64,000 nt of DNA from positions 30,553 to 94,552 of the forward strand of contig QBYG01000002.1 of NCBI GenBank assembly GCA_003282945.1, written 5' to 3'. The notes under the pieces are model-generated. The model was not told where the DNA came from. It ran no database searches and saw only the letters and a list, made by a program, of their open reading frames with translations. Of this stretch, positions 30,229-42,430 are shown piece by piece. Both the position numbers and the translations under genes were made by a program. The stretch is from Pelagibacteraceae bacterium AG-325-E23. GTDB lineage: Bacteria; Pseudomonadota; Alphaproteobacteria; Pelagibacterales; Pelagibacteraceae. Position 1 is the first letter of the stretch. Every line of letters starts with the position of its first letter.

Positions 30229-31965
30229 TTAAACTTTTAATGGAAGAATTTCCAACAATAGTTCATTTCTTAAACTAATTAATTTTGTTCTATTCATAAT
30301 TTCAATTATAAAATTTAATGAGTCACTATTTAATTCATTCAATTCTTTTTCACCAATAATCTCAACTAATTTTAATAATATCATGCCCGATTCCTTATTC
30401 TCTATCATTTTGTCATACTCAGAATTTAATTCAGATTTATATTGAGAAAGTTCATCAATTTGGTCTATTTGAACTCCATCTGATCTCAATGATTTTAGTA
30501 ATATAACATCTTTAAAGTTGAATGAATAATTTTTATCTTTTTTTATCTTTGATAACAAATTGTCCGTTAATTTTTGTGTTTTAGGTAAACTTTGCTTGTT
30601 CAAAAAATAATTTAATACTTTTGATTGATGAAAAACTTCGTTATTAAACTTAATTTTATTTTTTCTATTTTCCTCAGTAATTAGATTGGTTTGATAGAAG
30701 TCAGTAAACTTTGGGGGAATTTCTTTTTTGTCCATTTTTTTTAATAACTTAGATAGTTCATCGTCAAATGATTTTTTATAATTTGAGTTTTCAAAGGAAT
30801 TATTTAATTTTGACAATAATGAGAGTTTATTTTCTAGATTATCTGCTAATAAAAACCTCTGATACATTAAAGCCCTTCCTTCATAATCTGGTAAGTTTTT
30901 TAATGCATCTTCGTAATTAATAAGATCATCAATTTCATATTGGAATTTTTTGTACAAATTCAACAGATCACTTTCATCAAAAATACTTTCACTAGTTGCT
31001 TTCTCTAAAAACTTAACCTGATCAATATGACTGAGATTAAAATCATTTAAATTTTTTAGTAAATTCGAGTTAGACAAATATTTCCAAATAAATTCATCAG
31101 ACTCTACGGATGGATAGTATAAAAAATTCTTATCTGTTTTATGAGATAGGTGAAAATAAAGAACATTTTCATCAGACAATATAAAGTTATTATCCTCATA
31201 TCCCATCAATACCTCAAACTTTTTAACAAAAAAGTAATTTAAAGAGTCTAGCTCAGAGTTTAGATCAAACAACAACTGAGCCTCATCTTTTTTATTCTGA
31301 GTTATTAAGCAATAAATTTTGAAATACGTTAAATATTCATCAGTTATTAAACTCAAACTATCAATGGCAGAGCATGAATTTTCTATCTTGTTTAATGACA
31401 AGTAGTAATCAGCTACATGTTTTATGAGTCTTTCTTTATCATTTATTGATGAATTTTTTTGAATAAATTCTTCAACTAAATCAAAATCTTTTTTTTTAAT
31501 TAGATGGTCAAGTGTAAATTTTTCAAATTCATTTAATGAAAAATTTTGATTTGGAACATAAGAGTTTGTTAACAAAGCTACATCCATTAATCTTTCAGAG
31601 AAACTTGATAAATTTTTTGACTGTATTTTTTCCAGTAACTTTTTAATTTTTATTCCATCAGTTTTTGACCACATATCTAGGTTTAGATCATTGTCATCAG
31701 GGTCAAATAATCCAGCCAATAAAATATTAGAATTGTCTAAATTTTGATCTACTACAATATTCTCATCAGAAAGTTTTACTTTTACGCCTTCAAGCTGGCC
31801 TGTATTAATAGATGTGTCTACATTATTTTTTGAATCAGTATTTTTAATTTCTTTTTTTTCTATTTCTGACCAAATCTCTTTAACTTCCTGAGCCTGAACA
31901 GATAGAACAAACAAAAAAAAAGAGGCAGAAATTAAAATTTTACTTAATTGTTTTGAAATTTTCAT
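30229..31965 (-). CDS. Exported alpha-helical hypothetical protein
   Basis: Long ORF with signal-peptide-like N-terminus (VQA-QE) and GL...LNLDMW segment; ATG 31965 preferred. Confidence 0.7.
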   Translation of the reverse strand: MKISKQLSKILISASFFLFVLSVQAQEVKEIWSEIEKKEIKNTDSKNNVDTSINTGQLEGVKVKLSDENIVVDQNLDNSNILLAGLFDPDDNDLNLDMWSKTDGIKIKKLLEKIQSKNLSSFSERLMDVALLTNSYVPNQNFSLNEFEKFTLDHLIKKKDFDLVEEFIQKNSSINDKERLIKHVADYYLSLNKIENSCSAIDSLSLITDEYLTYFKIYCLITQNKKDEAQLLFDLNSELDSLNYFFVKKFEVLMGYEDNNFILSDENVLYFHLSHKTDKNFLYYPSVESDEFIWKYLSNSNLLKNLNDFNLSHIDQVKFLEKATSESIFDESDLLNLYKKFQYEIDDLINYEDALKNLPDYEGRALMYQRFLLADNLENKLSLLSKLNNSFENSNYKKSFDDELSKLLKKMDKKEIPPKFTDFYQTNLITEENRKNKIKFNNEVFHQSKVLNYFLNKQSLPKTQKLTDNLLSKIKKDKNYSFNFKDVILLKSLRSDGVQIDQIDELSQYKSELNSEYDKMIENKESGMILLKLVEIIGEKELNELNSDSLNFIIEIMNRTKLISLRNELLLEILPLKV

Positions 31966-32122
31966 TTGGTAAAATTTTTTCAATTTGTTTGTCTGGAGCA
32001 GGCAAATTAATCTGGTTAATCACAATAATGCCAAATACAATTATGAAAATTGCTATTATAATTTTTAAAATTGTACCTAAGCTAAAAATTTTGTCTTTAC
32101 TTGTATTTTTTGTAAATTGCAT
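31940..32122 (-). CDS. 60-aa single-pass membrane protein
   Basis: MQFTKN...IIIAIFIIVFGIIVI..INLPAP..IEK.LPNE; start at ATG 32122 avoids overlapping aroK. Confidence 0.65.
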   Translation of the reverse strand: MQFTKNTSKDKIFSLGTILKIIIAIFIIVFGIIVINQINLPAPDKQIEKILPNENFKTIK

Positions 32123-32177
32123 ATAATTTAATAATTTCAAAATAAGACATATTTGTGTTTTTTCAATATAGAAACTC

Positions 32178-32690
32178 ATGAAATCAAATAAAAATATTGT
32201 ATTAATTGGAATGATGGGATCTGGGAAATCCTCAATTGGCAAAATTTTGTCAAAAAAAAAAAACTTAACATTTATTGATATTGACCAAAAAATTGAGGAA
32301 ACTGAGAATTCTAAAATCTCAGAAATTTTTAACAAATATGGAGAGAAATATTTTCGTAAAATTGAGGAAAAAATATCTTTAAAATTTCTTAGTTCAGAAA
32401 ATTCTGTAATATCTTTAGGTGGAGGGGGTTTTATAAATGCCTCAATCAGAAAAATGTGTAAGAAAAATTGTTTATCTTTTTGGCTAGATTGGAAAAATGA
32501 AACAATAATAAAAAGGATATATAAGAGTAAGAAAAGACCATTGGCAATAAATCTTAATAAGGCTCAAATTAACAATTTAATAAAAGAAAGATCAAAATTT
32601 TATAGCATGTCGAGTTACAGGATTAATTGTGATAAATTAGACAAAGTTGAAATTATAAATAAGATATTAGATATTTATGAATACAAATAA
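32178..32690 (+). CDS. aroK: Shikimate kinase
   Basis: LIGMMGSGKS, GEKYFR..E, SLGGG, RPL. Confidence 0.95.
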   Translation: MKSNKNIVLIGMMGSGKSSIGKILSKKKNLTFIDIDQKIEETENSKISEIFNKYGEKYFRKIEEKISLKFLSSENSVISLGGGGFINASIRKMCKKNCLSFWLDWKNETIIKRIYKSKKRPLAINLNKAQINNLIKERSKFYSMSSYRINCDKLDKVEIINKILDIYEYK

Positions 32691-33780
32691 AATTTCAATT
32701 AAAACAAGCACTAAAAATTACCCAATTGTAATTGGAAGAGATTTAATAGGTAAAATTGATAAAATTTTAAAAGCTAATCATTTAAAATTTGATAAATGTT
32801 TAATAGTTACAGACAAAAATATTCCTCAAAAGTTTAAGAGAATTTTATATAAAAAGTTAAAGATAAATAAACTTTTTAAAATAGAAATAACTGCATCAGA
32901 AAAAAACAAAAATTACCGAACAATTGAAAAAATTCATACAGTTTTATTTGAAAATAGGTTTAATAGGGAAGACTGTGTTATTTCTTTTGGTGGAGGAATA
33001 GTTGGAGATGTAGTTGGTTTCGCATCTAGTATATTTAAAAGAGGCATGAAATATGTAAATATTCCAACAACTTTACTATCTCAAGTAGACTCATCCATAG
33101 GAGGCAAAACAGGCGTAAATAATAAATTTGGAAAAAATTTGATTGGAAGTTTTTATCAACCTGATTTAGTTGTTTCTGACATGAACATTTTAGCTTCTTT
33201 ACCAGAAAGAGAAATTATTTGTGGATATGCTGAAATATTAAAAAGTAGTATTATAGATAATTTTAATAATTTTCTCTATTTAGACAAAAATTTAAAAAAA
33301 ATTTTAAAATTAAAATCACCTTTCATTGAAAGATCCATAATTAAAAGCTGTAATTTAAAAAAAAGAGTTGTAGAAAAAGATGAGAACGAGAAGAACTACA
33401 GAAAGGTATTAAATTTAGGTCATACCTTTGCTCATTCTTATGAATCTACTTTAGGTTTTTCTAAAAAATTAAATCATGGAGAAGCTGTAATTTTGGGTAT
33501 TAAAAATGCGGTAGAATTTAGTTTTAAAAGAAGATTTTTATCAAAACAAAAATTTAATATTATTATAAATCATATTAATAAAATTGAGATGAAGCCAAAA
33601 ATTGAAAAATTGTTTAAAAAAAAACATGTATCTAATATTATGAATTATATGAGAAGCGATAAGAAAAATAATTCAAATAATATTAACCTAATTTTAATAA
33701 AAGATTTTGGAAAGATAGTAGTTGACTTTCAGATCAGTCCTTCAGATTTAAAAAAATATATTTCTAATAGTTTAAATTAA
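32677..33780 (+). CDS. aroB: 3-dehydroquinate synthase
   Basis: GGGIVGD, PTTLLSQVDSSIGGKTG, LNLGHTFAH, HGEAV. Confidence 0.97.
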   Translation: MNTNKISIKTSTKNYPIVIGRDLIGKIDKILKANHLKFDKCLIVTDKNIPQKFKRILYKKLKINKLFKIEITASEKNKNYRTIEKIHTVLFENRFNREDCVISFGGGIVGDVVGFASSIFKRGMKYVNIPTTLLSQVDSSIGGKTGVNNKFGKNLIGSFYQPDLVVSDMNILASLPEREIICGYAEILKSSIIDNFNNFLYLDKNLKKILKLKSPFIERSIIKSCNLKKRVVEKDENEKNYRKVLNLGHTFAHSYESTLGFSKKLNHGEAVILGIKNAVEFSFKRRFLSKQKFNIIINHINKIEMKPKIEKLFKKKHVSNIMNYMRSDKKNNSNNINLILIKDFGKIVVDFQISPSDLKKYISNSLN

Positions 33781-34032
33781 TTTGATCTGCAATGAATGAA
33801 TATAATTTTTTAATTCATTATCTAAAATTTTATAAATAAACCTAGTTGAATATAACTTACTTTTATTCTTTAACTCATCAGACGTAATCGAAAGAACAAT
33901 GTGAAATTTTCCATTTTCATTAGATTTGTGACTTTTGTGTAGAAATGATTTGTCCTCTATATAAACTTTTGAAATACAATCCTGCGACAAAATTTTTTTT
34001 TCTATAGTTTCAATTAGTTGATTAATATTCAT
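33772..34032 (-). CDS. bolA: BolA-family protein
   Basis: EDKSFLH..H, HIVLSI.S, IY..L, IHSLQI. Confidence 0.85.
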   Translation of the reverse strand: MNINQLIETIEKKILSQDCISKVYIEDKSFLHKSHKSNENGKFHIVLSITSDELKNKSKLYSTRFIYKILDNELKNYIHSLQIKLI

Positions 34033-34052
34033 TTTATAAAGTATTATATATC

Positions 34053-34586
34053 ATGAAAAATATTTGCGATTGGAATAATTGTTCAGAAGAAGGTCTTTTT
34101 AGAGCACCTAAAGAAAGGGATAATAGCAAAGATTATAGATTACTGTGTTTAAACCATGTTAAAGAATTTAATAAAAGTTGGAATTATTTTACGGGTATGA
34201 GTGATCAACAAATAATTGATTTTTTAAGGTCTGACATGACTTGGCACAAACCAACACAAAGTTTTAGTTCATCTGATAATTTCTTCAAAGTTCTTTGGAG
34301 TAACGCTTTAAAAGATGAGATGGACAAATTTAAATTTAATAATGATTTTAATAATATGAATAAATTTAAATTTAATAATAATGATTTAAAAGCTTTTAAT
34401 ATATTAGGGATTAGTGTCGGATTAAAATGGGAAAAAGTTCAAGAAAAATTTAAAAAGCTTGTTAAAAAATTTCACCCTGATATGAATTCTGGAAATAAAA
34501 AATTTGAGGACAAGCTTAAAGTAATTACTTTGGCTTATACTCAATTAAAAAATACTTATAAGGATAAAATTGACGCCAAATATTAA
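34053..34586 (+). CDS. J-domain (DnaJ-like) protein with N-terminal Cys/His region
   Basis: C-terminal KLVKKFHPDMN J-domain; N-terminal CDW..C...RAPK...CLNHVKEFN..WNYF. Confidence 0.88.
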   Translation: MKNICDWNNCSEEGLFRAPKERDNSKDYRLLCLNHVKEFNKSWNYFTGMSDQQIIDFLRSDMTWHKPTQSFSSSDNFFKVLWSNALKDEMDKFKFNNDFNNMNKFKFNNNDLKAFNILGISVGLKWEKVQEKFKKLVKKFHPDMNSGNKKFEDKLKVITLAYTQLKNTYKDKIDAKY

Positions 34587-35544
34587 CCATACCCCTGACA
34601 TTAAATTATCTATAAAACAAACTTTTGGTATTGAAAGTGACATGGAGGTTGATGCATTTTCAAAATCAAGTGAGTATGTCCCAGAAATCGATAAAACTTA
34701 TAAGTTTGATAAAGATACAACATTAGCTATTTTGTCAGGATTTTCTTTTAATAAAAGAGTATTAATCCAAGGATACCATGGAACTGGTAAATCGACTCAT
34801 ATCGAACAAATTGCTGCTAGACTTAACTGGCCTTGTATAAGAATAAATCTCGATAGTCATGTTAGTAGAATTGACTTAATAGGTAAAGATTCAATTGTAA
34901 TCAAAGATGGTAAACAGGTAACTGAATTTAAAGAGGGAATATTACCTTGGTCAATTCAAAATCCTGTGGCCTTAGTTTTTGATGAATATGACGCTGGTAG
35001 ACCAGATGTAATGTTTGTTATTCAGAGAGTTCTTGAGTCAGAAGGTAACTTTACTCTATTAGATAAAAATAAAGTAATTAAACAAAATAAATTTTTTAGG
35101 CTTTTTGCAACAACAAATACTGTGGGACTAGGTGATACAACCGGACTATATCACGGGACACAACAAATTAATCAGGGACAAATGGATAGATGGAATATTG
35201 TATCTACATTAAACTATCTTAGTTTAGATAAAGAAATGGAAATTATATTAGGTAAGAACAAAAATTTAAATAATCCTAAAGGTAAAGAACAAGTTTCAAA
35301 CATGATAAAAGTTGCTTCACTTACAAGAAAAGGATTTATGGCAGGTGATATATCTACAGTAATGAGTCCTAGAACAGTTTTACATTGGGCAGAAAATTCT
35401 GAAATTTTCAAAGATATCGGATATGCATTTAGAGTAACATTTTTAAACAAATGTGATGATGCTGAAAAAAACACAATTGCTGAATATTATCAAAGATGTT
35501 TTGGGGATGAACTACCGGAGTCAATGATCAATATTCAAATTTGA
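34570..35544 (+). CDS. cobS: CobS-type AAA+ ATPase (cobaltochelatase subunit family)
   Basis: [39 protein letters not shown]. Confidence 0.93.
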   Translation: MTPNINHTPDIKLSIKQTFGIESDMEVDAFSKSSEYVPEIDKTYKFDKDTTLAILSGFSFNKRVLIQGYHGTGKSTHIEQIAARLNWPCIRINLDSHVSRIDLIGKDSIVIKDGKQVTEFKEGILPWSIQNPVALVFDEYDAGRPDVMFVIQRVLESEGNFTLLDKNKVIKQNKFFRLFATTNTVGLGDTTGLYHGTQQINQGQMDRWNIVSTLNYLSLDKEMEIILGKNKNLNNPKGKEQVSNMIKVASLTRKGFMAGDISTVMSPRTVLHWAENSEIFKDIGYAFRVTFLNKCDDAEKNTIAEYYQRCFGDELPESMINIQI

Positions 35545-37337
35545 TGAACAAAGAAGATAGTATTAAAGAAAAATTCAAACAAGCCCTTCAATCAACCTAC
35601 AAAGTAATTTCAGATGACTATAAGGTTGTAAAAAATAAAAAAAATGACGAAAAAGTTTATGATATTGGGGAAATTGACAATATTAATGATAAAAATCAAT
35701 TTAAAAAACTAAGGGCTGAAACAGACTCTGAGGCGTTAAAAAGAAGATTTTCAAACAGAAAATTATTGGATAAAAACAATCCACAAAATCCCTCCTGCAG
35801 AACACTCTACCAACTAGCAGAAAAGGTGAGATATGAACTACTTGGTTCAGAGATGCTAAAAGGAATTTCCAAAAATTTTAAAGAAAATTATAAAAATAGA
35901 CTTCAACATCTTAAACAAGAAAAAATAACAAAAAAAGAAGATACAAATATTGTTGATGCTTTTGAAATCTATATGACAAACAAATTTTTTAATGTCGAAT
36001 TATACCAAGAAAATAAAGAAATTCTAAAATTTTGGGAGAAAGATTTTAATAAGTCAATAGACAAACACTTTGAATTTTTAAATCAAAATCTAGAAAATCA
36101 GGAAGTGTATAATGCTAAATTTTCTGAAATTTTAGAAAGTATGGATATATTCGAAAATGATGACACAACTGAAAAAGAAAATGAAGAAAATGATGATACG
36201 CAAGATCAAAATAATTCTAATAACAATGAAGACAAAGATAATAATGACTCTAGCAAAACAAGCGAGGATGAAAATATTAGCCAAGGAATGGATAGCGAGG
36301 ATGACGTAAATGAATTTAGACTTGAAGATCAGCTTGGTAGTGAAAATAATGAGGATGCCGAGTCAGAAAATGTTATACAAAAAAAAAATTTAAGTGTAAG
36401 CGATAAAGAATATAAAATATTTACTACTGAATTTGACGAAGTTGCTAAAGCAGAAAGTCTAGATACTGCTGAGGAAATTCAAAAACTGAGAAAAAATTTA
36501 GATCAACAGCTTACAAGTTTTCAAGATTTAATTACTAAGTTAGCAAATAAATTACAAAGACAATTAATGGCAAAACAAAATCGATCATGGGAATTTGATC
36601 TAGAAGAGGGATTGTTAGATAGTTCAAAATTACCTAGGATTATCATTGATCCATACAACTCCTTATCATTTAAAAAAGAAAAAGATTTAGACTTTAAGGA
36701 TACAATTGTGACACTTTTAATTGACAACTCTGGGTCAATGAGAGGTAGACCAATAACAATAGCTGCAATATGTGCTGATATTTTATCCAGAACCTTAGAA
36801 AGATGCTCGGTTAAAGTTGAAATACTAGGTTTTACAACGAAAAATTGGAAAGGTGGTAAAAGTCGCCAGGAGTGGAATAGATTGGGTAAAGCAAAAAATC
36901 CAGGAAGACTTAATGATTTAAGACATATAATTTATAAAGGTGCTGATTCTCATTGGAGACAATCAAAAAAGAATTTGGGTTTGATGCTAAAAGAGGGTTT
37001 ATTAAAAGAAAATATAGATGGTGAAGCTATAACGTGGGCGTTTAATAGATTAAAAAAAAGAAAAGAAGAAAGAAAAATCCTTATGGTTATTTCAGATGGA
37101 GCACCTGTAGACGACTCAACATTATCAGTTAATTCAGGAGACTTTTTAGAAAAAAATTTGAAAAAAATTGTTAAATTTATTGAGAATAAAAGCGAAGTAG
37201 AAATATTAGCTATAGGAATTGGTCACGATGTATCTCGATATTACAAAAAAGCAATCAAAATTTCTGATGTACAAGAACTTGGGGATGTAATGATAGATCA
37301 ATTAAGTGGACTATTTGAAAATAAAAAACTTCACTAA
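35544..37337 (+). CDS. cobT: CobT-type vWA protein (cobaltochelatase subunit family)
   Basis: Acidic linker, [13 protein letters not shown] (MIDAS), [19 protein letters not shown]. Confidence 0.93.
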   Translation: MNKEDSIKEKFKQALQSTYKVISDDYKVVKNKKNDEKVYDIGEIDNINDKNQFKKLRAETDSEALKRRFSNRKLLDKNNPQNPSCRTLYQLAEKVRYELLGSEMLKGISKNFKENYKNRLQHLKQEKITKKEDTNIVDAFEIYMTNKFFNVELYQENKEILKFWEKDFNKSIDKHFEFLNQNLENQEVYNAKFSEILESMDIFENDDTTEKENEENDDTQDQNNSNNNEDKDNNDSSKTSEDENISQGMDSEDDVNEFRLEDQLGSENNEDAESENVIQKKNLSVSDKEYKIFTTEFDEVAKAESLDTAEEIQKLRKNLDQQLTSFQDLITKLANKLQRQLMAKQNRSWEFDLEEGLLDSSKLPRIIIDPYNSLSFKKEKDLDFKDTIVTLLIDNSGSMRGRPITIAAICADILSRTLERCSVKVEILGFTTKNWKGGKSRQEWNRLGKAKNPGRLNDLRHIIYKGADSHWRQSKKNLGLMLKEGLLKENIDGEAITWAFNRLKKRKEERKILMVISDGAPVDDSTLSVNSGDFLEKNLKKIVKFIENKSEVEILAIGIGHDVSRYYKKAIKISDVQELGDVMIDQLSGLFENKKLH

Positions 37338-38611
37338 ATACTAATTAAATCTTTATTAGACCACTCTATTTTAATTTCTGCACCACCTCTGGTTTCTGAA
37401 TTCCTAATTAAGAGTTTTGCCTTATTTTTTTCTAACAAAGTTTTACCTATAAATATTCCCAAACCCAATCCTGCTCTTGATTTATTTTTAGATTGTAATG
37501 ATTTTATATAAGGATCCCCAATTTTGGTTAATATGTCTTTAGGAAATCCTTCACCATCATCTTCGATGGATATCGAAGAGTTTTCACTATCACTTGTTAT
37601 TGAAATATAAATATTACTTTTTGCAAACTTATTTGCATTTCCAATAAAATTTCTTAAGCCATAAACAACTTCAATTGATTTTGAAATTTCGAATGAATTA
37701 TAATTCTGCTCAGTATTTATGATAAAATTTTTATCTGATATTTCTTCAAAAGAATTTGCAATTTCTTTCACATAGTTATGCAGAGTAATATCCTTGTCTA
37801 TAAAGTCATCTTCAACTACAGGATTCAAAGACAATTTTTTTAATATTGTATTGCATCTATCAACTTGGCTTAAAAGTAATTCAACATCTTTTTTTAATTC
37901 TTTATCATTTTTAAAATTATCATACAAATCTTGAGAAATAATTTTAATTGTAGAAAGTGGTGTACCTAAAGAATGAGCAGCCGCTGCAGCTTGTCCACCC
38001 AATGAAACTAATTCGTTCTCCTTAGAAATAACTTCTTGAATTTTATCTAATGCATCTTTTCTTAGTTTTGACTCATTTCCAAACGTTAGAGCAAAAAAAC
38101 TTAGGAAAATAAGTGCAATAATTAAGGCTAAAGGTACTGAATAATAATAGTAATTACTAAAAATATATTCATTTAATGGTGAAGGTAATTCTAGATGATA
38201 GAAAGTAAGAAGAATAATAGAAGATATTGTCAAAATTATTAACAAAATATTTGTTCTAATACTTAAACTATTTGAGGCAAAAATACTTGGTATTATTAAG
38301 AATATTGAGAATGGATTTATAGTACCACCAGTTAAATAAAGCAAAAAGCTCAATTGTATTATATCAAGAGTAAGAAAGGTTAAAGATATTTTTTCTTGTA
38401 ACTGATTTTTTTTAAAAAAATAAAATAAGAAAATATTACTTAAAGCACCTAATAAAACTATAATATTTGCTAGTAAAAAATTAAATTCAAATTTAAATAA
38501 GAATGCAACAGCATTTATAGTAATAAACTGACCTATTACACCTATCCATCTTAAATTGACGTATGTAATTTTATTTAAGTACGATGATTTGGAATTGGCG
38601 CTTAACTCCAT
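37334..38611 (-). CDS. regB: RegB/PrrB/ActS-family redox sensor histidine kinase
   Basis: LRW, GG..NPF quinone motif, [13 protein letters not shown]-box, RC Cys, [14 protein letters not shown]. Confidence 0.9.
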   Translation of the reverse strand: MELSANSKSSYLNKITYVNLRWIGVIGQFITINAVAFLFKFEFNFLLANIIVLLGALSNIFLFYFFKKNQLQEKISLTFLTLDIIQLSFLLYLTGGTINPFSIFLIIPSIFASNSLSIRTNILLIILTISSIILLTFYHLELPSPLNEYIFSNYYYYSVPLALIIALIFLSFFALTFGNESKLRKDALDKIQEVISKENELVSLGGQAAAAAHSLGTPLSTIKIISQDLYDNFKNDKELKKDVELLLSQVDRCNTILKKLSLNPVVEDDFIDKDITLHNYVKEIANSFEEISDKNFIINTEQNYNSFEISKSIEVVYGLRNFIGNANKFAKSNIYISITSDSENSSISIEDDGEGFPKDILTKIGDPYIKSLQSKNKSRAGLGLGIFIGKTLLEKNKAKLLIRNSETRGGAEIKIEWSNKDLISI

Positions 38612-38614
38612 TAA

Positions 38615-40678
<2,064 letters not shown>

Positions 40679-40841
40679 TTATAAGGAAGTGCTCTTTTAT
40701 ACCATTTTTAAATTTTTTATAAAATCTCTTATGACTTTAAGCTTAAATTAGTAAGTTTTATCAACATAAATTGAGGATTTATTTAAAAAATTTTCTATAT
40801 ATAGTTTTTTTCAAATAATCACTGTTTTTACATTTAAAATT

Positions 40842-40924
40842 AATGGCGGAGAGAATGGGATTCGAACCCATGATAGAGTTTCCCCTATACACGCTTTCCA
40901 AGCGTGCGCCTTCAACCACTCGGC
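40842..40924 (-). repeat. Distal att copy: 83-bp direct repeat containing tRNA-Ser minus its first 9 nt
   Basis: Identical by eye to 42429..42511; lacks the 5' acceptor strand GGAGAGGTG. Confidence 0.95.
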
Positions 40925-40980
40925 TTAGAAATATTGATAATTCTATCTTATTTTTTTTAGATTTTTAAAATTTGAAGCTA

Positions 40981-41001
40981 GTGGCGTCAACGTGGAGTCA
41001 G
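40981..41001. repeat. Tandem motif GTGGCGTCA-AC-GTGGAGTCA (candidate integrase arm sites)
   Basis: 11-bp-period GC-rich pair ~57 bp inside the distal att; matches the pair at 42367-42386. Confidence 0.6.
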
Positions 41002-41192
41002 TATTTTTTAAATACAGTCATGTATTTTTTAGTGAAAGACCTAATTTCGTTATTGTTATAACTATCATGAGCTTTAATTATTTTATCTTCTATTGCCGTC
41101 ACAACAATATCTCTAAACCACATGTATCTACTAATTCTGGGAGAATAAAGTATTAAATATTTATCACCTATTCTAAATTTATGATTTATCAT
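40998..41192 (-). CDS. Small protein with WYL-like signature (64 aa from ATG 41192; 75 aa in ORF track)
   Basis: ILY......FRDIVV..I....IKAHD....EIRSF resembles the WYL pattern Y..R.v.p....yl.AyD....RtF; overlaps the end of the upstream ORF. Confidence 0.5.
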   Translation of the reverse strand: MINHKFRIGDKYLILYSPRISRYMWFRDIVVTAIEDKIIKAHDSYNNNEIRSFTKKYMTVFKKY

Positions 41193-42360
41193 AATTTTTT
41201 TTGTATTCCTCAATATGCTTATCAATTATTTTATAAGCATCTCTATTATGTACAATAAGAATTCTCCTTATTTTCATGAGTAATTCAGACTTATTTTTAT
41301 CAAAATTATAATCTAAATAAAATGGAGGTAATTCAATCAATTCTTTTACAATTTCATAAAACTCATCAATTGGATAGTAAGATATTTTTGCAATAATTTT
41401 AGATAGTCTATTTCTATTTAAATTGTAATTTGTTTCAGTAAAAATATTTCGTATTTTCCCTGAATATCTTAAACGTTTATGAGCGTTACTAAAGTCTCCA
41501 TATAAACTATCTGTTCTGGCTAAATAACCTTTTAATAGTTCTGGTTTACTATTTTTAATACAATTATAGATAAATTCTTGAAAGAATATGTAAGGATTAT
41601 TTTTTTTAAATATTTTCTTTTTAAAATTATTTTTTATAAAATTTCTGAATAACGTTAATTGAGCATTATGTGTTTTTTGTTTATAATATTGAATTAGAAA
41701 ACTTTTTTTAATTTTATTAAACTTATCAAATTTATTTTTTGAACTTAAATCAGCAAACATTAAGATACTTTGCTTGCTTTTTTCAATAATTTCACCCTCT
41801 TTATCTCTTTTATAGTATTCAGATATTTCACATAGAGGAAAAAATCCATTTAATATATCCCAATAATAGAGTTGATTATTATTTAAGTCATATGAAGAAA
41901 ATGGATTATTAGCATCCTCAAATTTAAAAGAGTCAGAGGTACGATTATTCAAAAAATCAAGACCTTTGTATCCATCATCTAAATAATAATTTGACAAATG
42001 AAATCTACCTTTTCTCCATATACTTAAAAGCTTAAACGCCTTAACTTTTTTACGTTTTATAAATTGTCCTTTTCTCAAAACATTTTCGTTGTGTTCTCGG
42101 TGAATAAATTTTAACACATGACTAAATATAATATCAGGTCTCAATCTATAACATTCAGATCTTCCAACTCTAAATGACTGAAATTTGTTTTTAAAAGATC
42201 TCTCTAATTCTTGAGCATTAGCTACTTCTGTGAAAAATAATATTTGTATTTTAGGAGATATTGATCTGTATGTTGTAAGTCTTTTTTTAACTCCTCCTAG
42301 AGTTTCTGATATTCCAACCTTGTGATAATTATCAACTCTAGTAGTACAATAAAAAATCAT
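41179..42360 (-). CDS. T5orf172/MUG113 (GIY-YIG superfamily) domain protein with long unknown C-terminus
   Basis: N-terminal IFY...YHKVGIS....KKRL..Y...SP....A..LE..F...F...R...ECY; ATG 42360 preferred over TTG 42387. Confidence 0.7.
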   Translation of the reverse strand: MIFYCTTRVDNYHKVGISETLGGVKKRLTTYRSISPKIQILFFTEVANAQELERSFKNKFQSFRVGRSECYRLRPDIIFSHVLKFIHREHNENVLRKGQFIKRKKVKAFKLLSIWRKGRFHLSNYYLDDGYKGLDFLNNRTSDSFKFEDANNPFSSYDLNNNQLYYWDILNGFFPLCEISEYYKRDKEGEIIEKSKQSILMFADLSSKNKFDKFNKIKKSFLIQYYKQKTHNAQLTLFRNFIKNNFKKKIFKKNNPYIFFQEFIYNCIKNSKPELLKGYLARTDSLYGDFSNAHKRLRYSGKIRNIFTETNYNLNRNRLSKIIAKISYYPIDEFYEIVKELIELPPFYLDYNFDKNKSELLMKIRRILIVHNRDAYKIIDKHIEEYKKNYDKS

Positions 42361-42366
42361 ATCTAT

Positions 42367-42386
42367 TGGCGTCCATATGGCGTCCA
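42367..42386. repeat. Tandem motif TGGCGTCCA-TA-TGGCGTCCA (candidate integrase arm sites)
   Basis: Exact 9-mer repeated with 11-bp period, ~43 bp inside the tRNA-proximal att. Confidence 0.6.
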
Positions 42387-42430
42387 AACTAATCTTAACG
42401 TTTATTTATCTTGATGAAAACCCCTGAAAA

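Noticed and set aside
32123-32335. 5' part of the 131-aa ORF 31940..32335
   Set aside because: Overlaps aroK antisense; only the last 60 codons look like a real membrane peptide
34326-34387. Short imperfect duplication (KFKFNN twice) in the J-domain gene
   Set aside because: Low-complexity AT-rich linker, in frame; no evidence of function
40844-40924. Apparent second tRNA-Ser gene
   Set aside because: Lacks the first 9 nt, so no acceptor stem can form; treated as an att repeat
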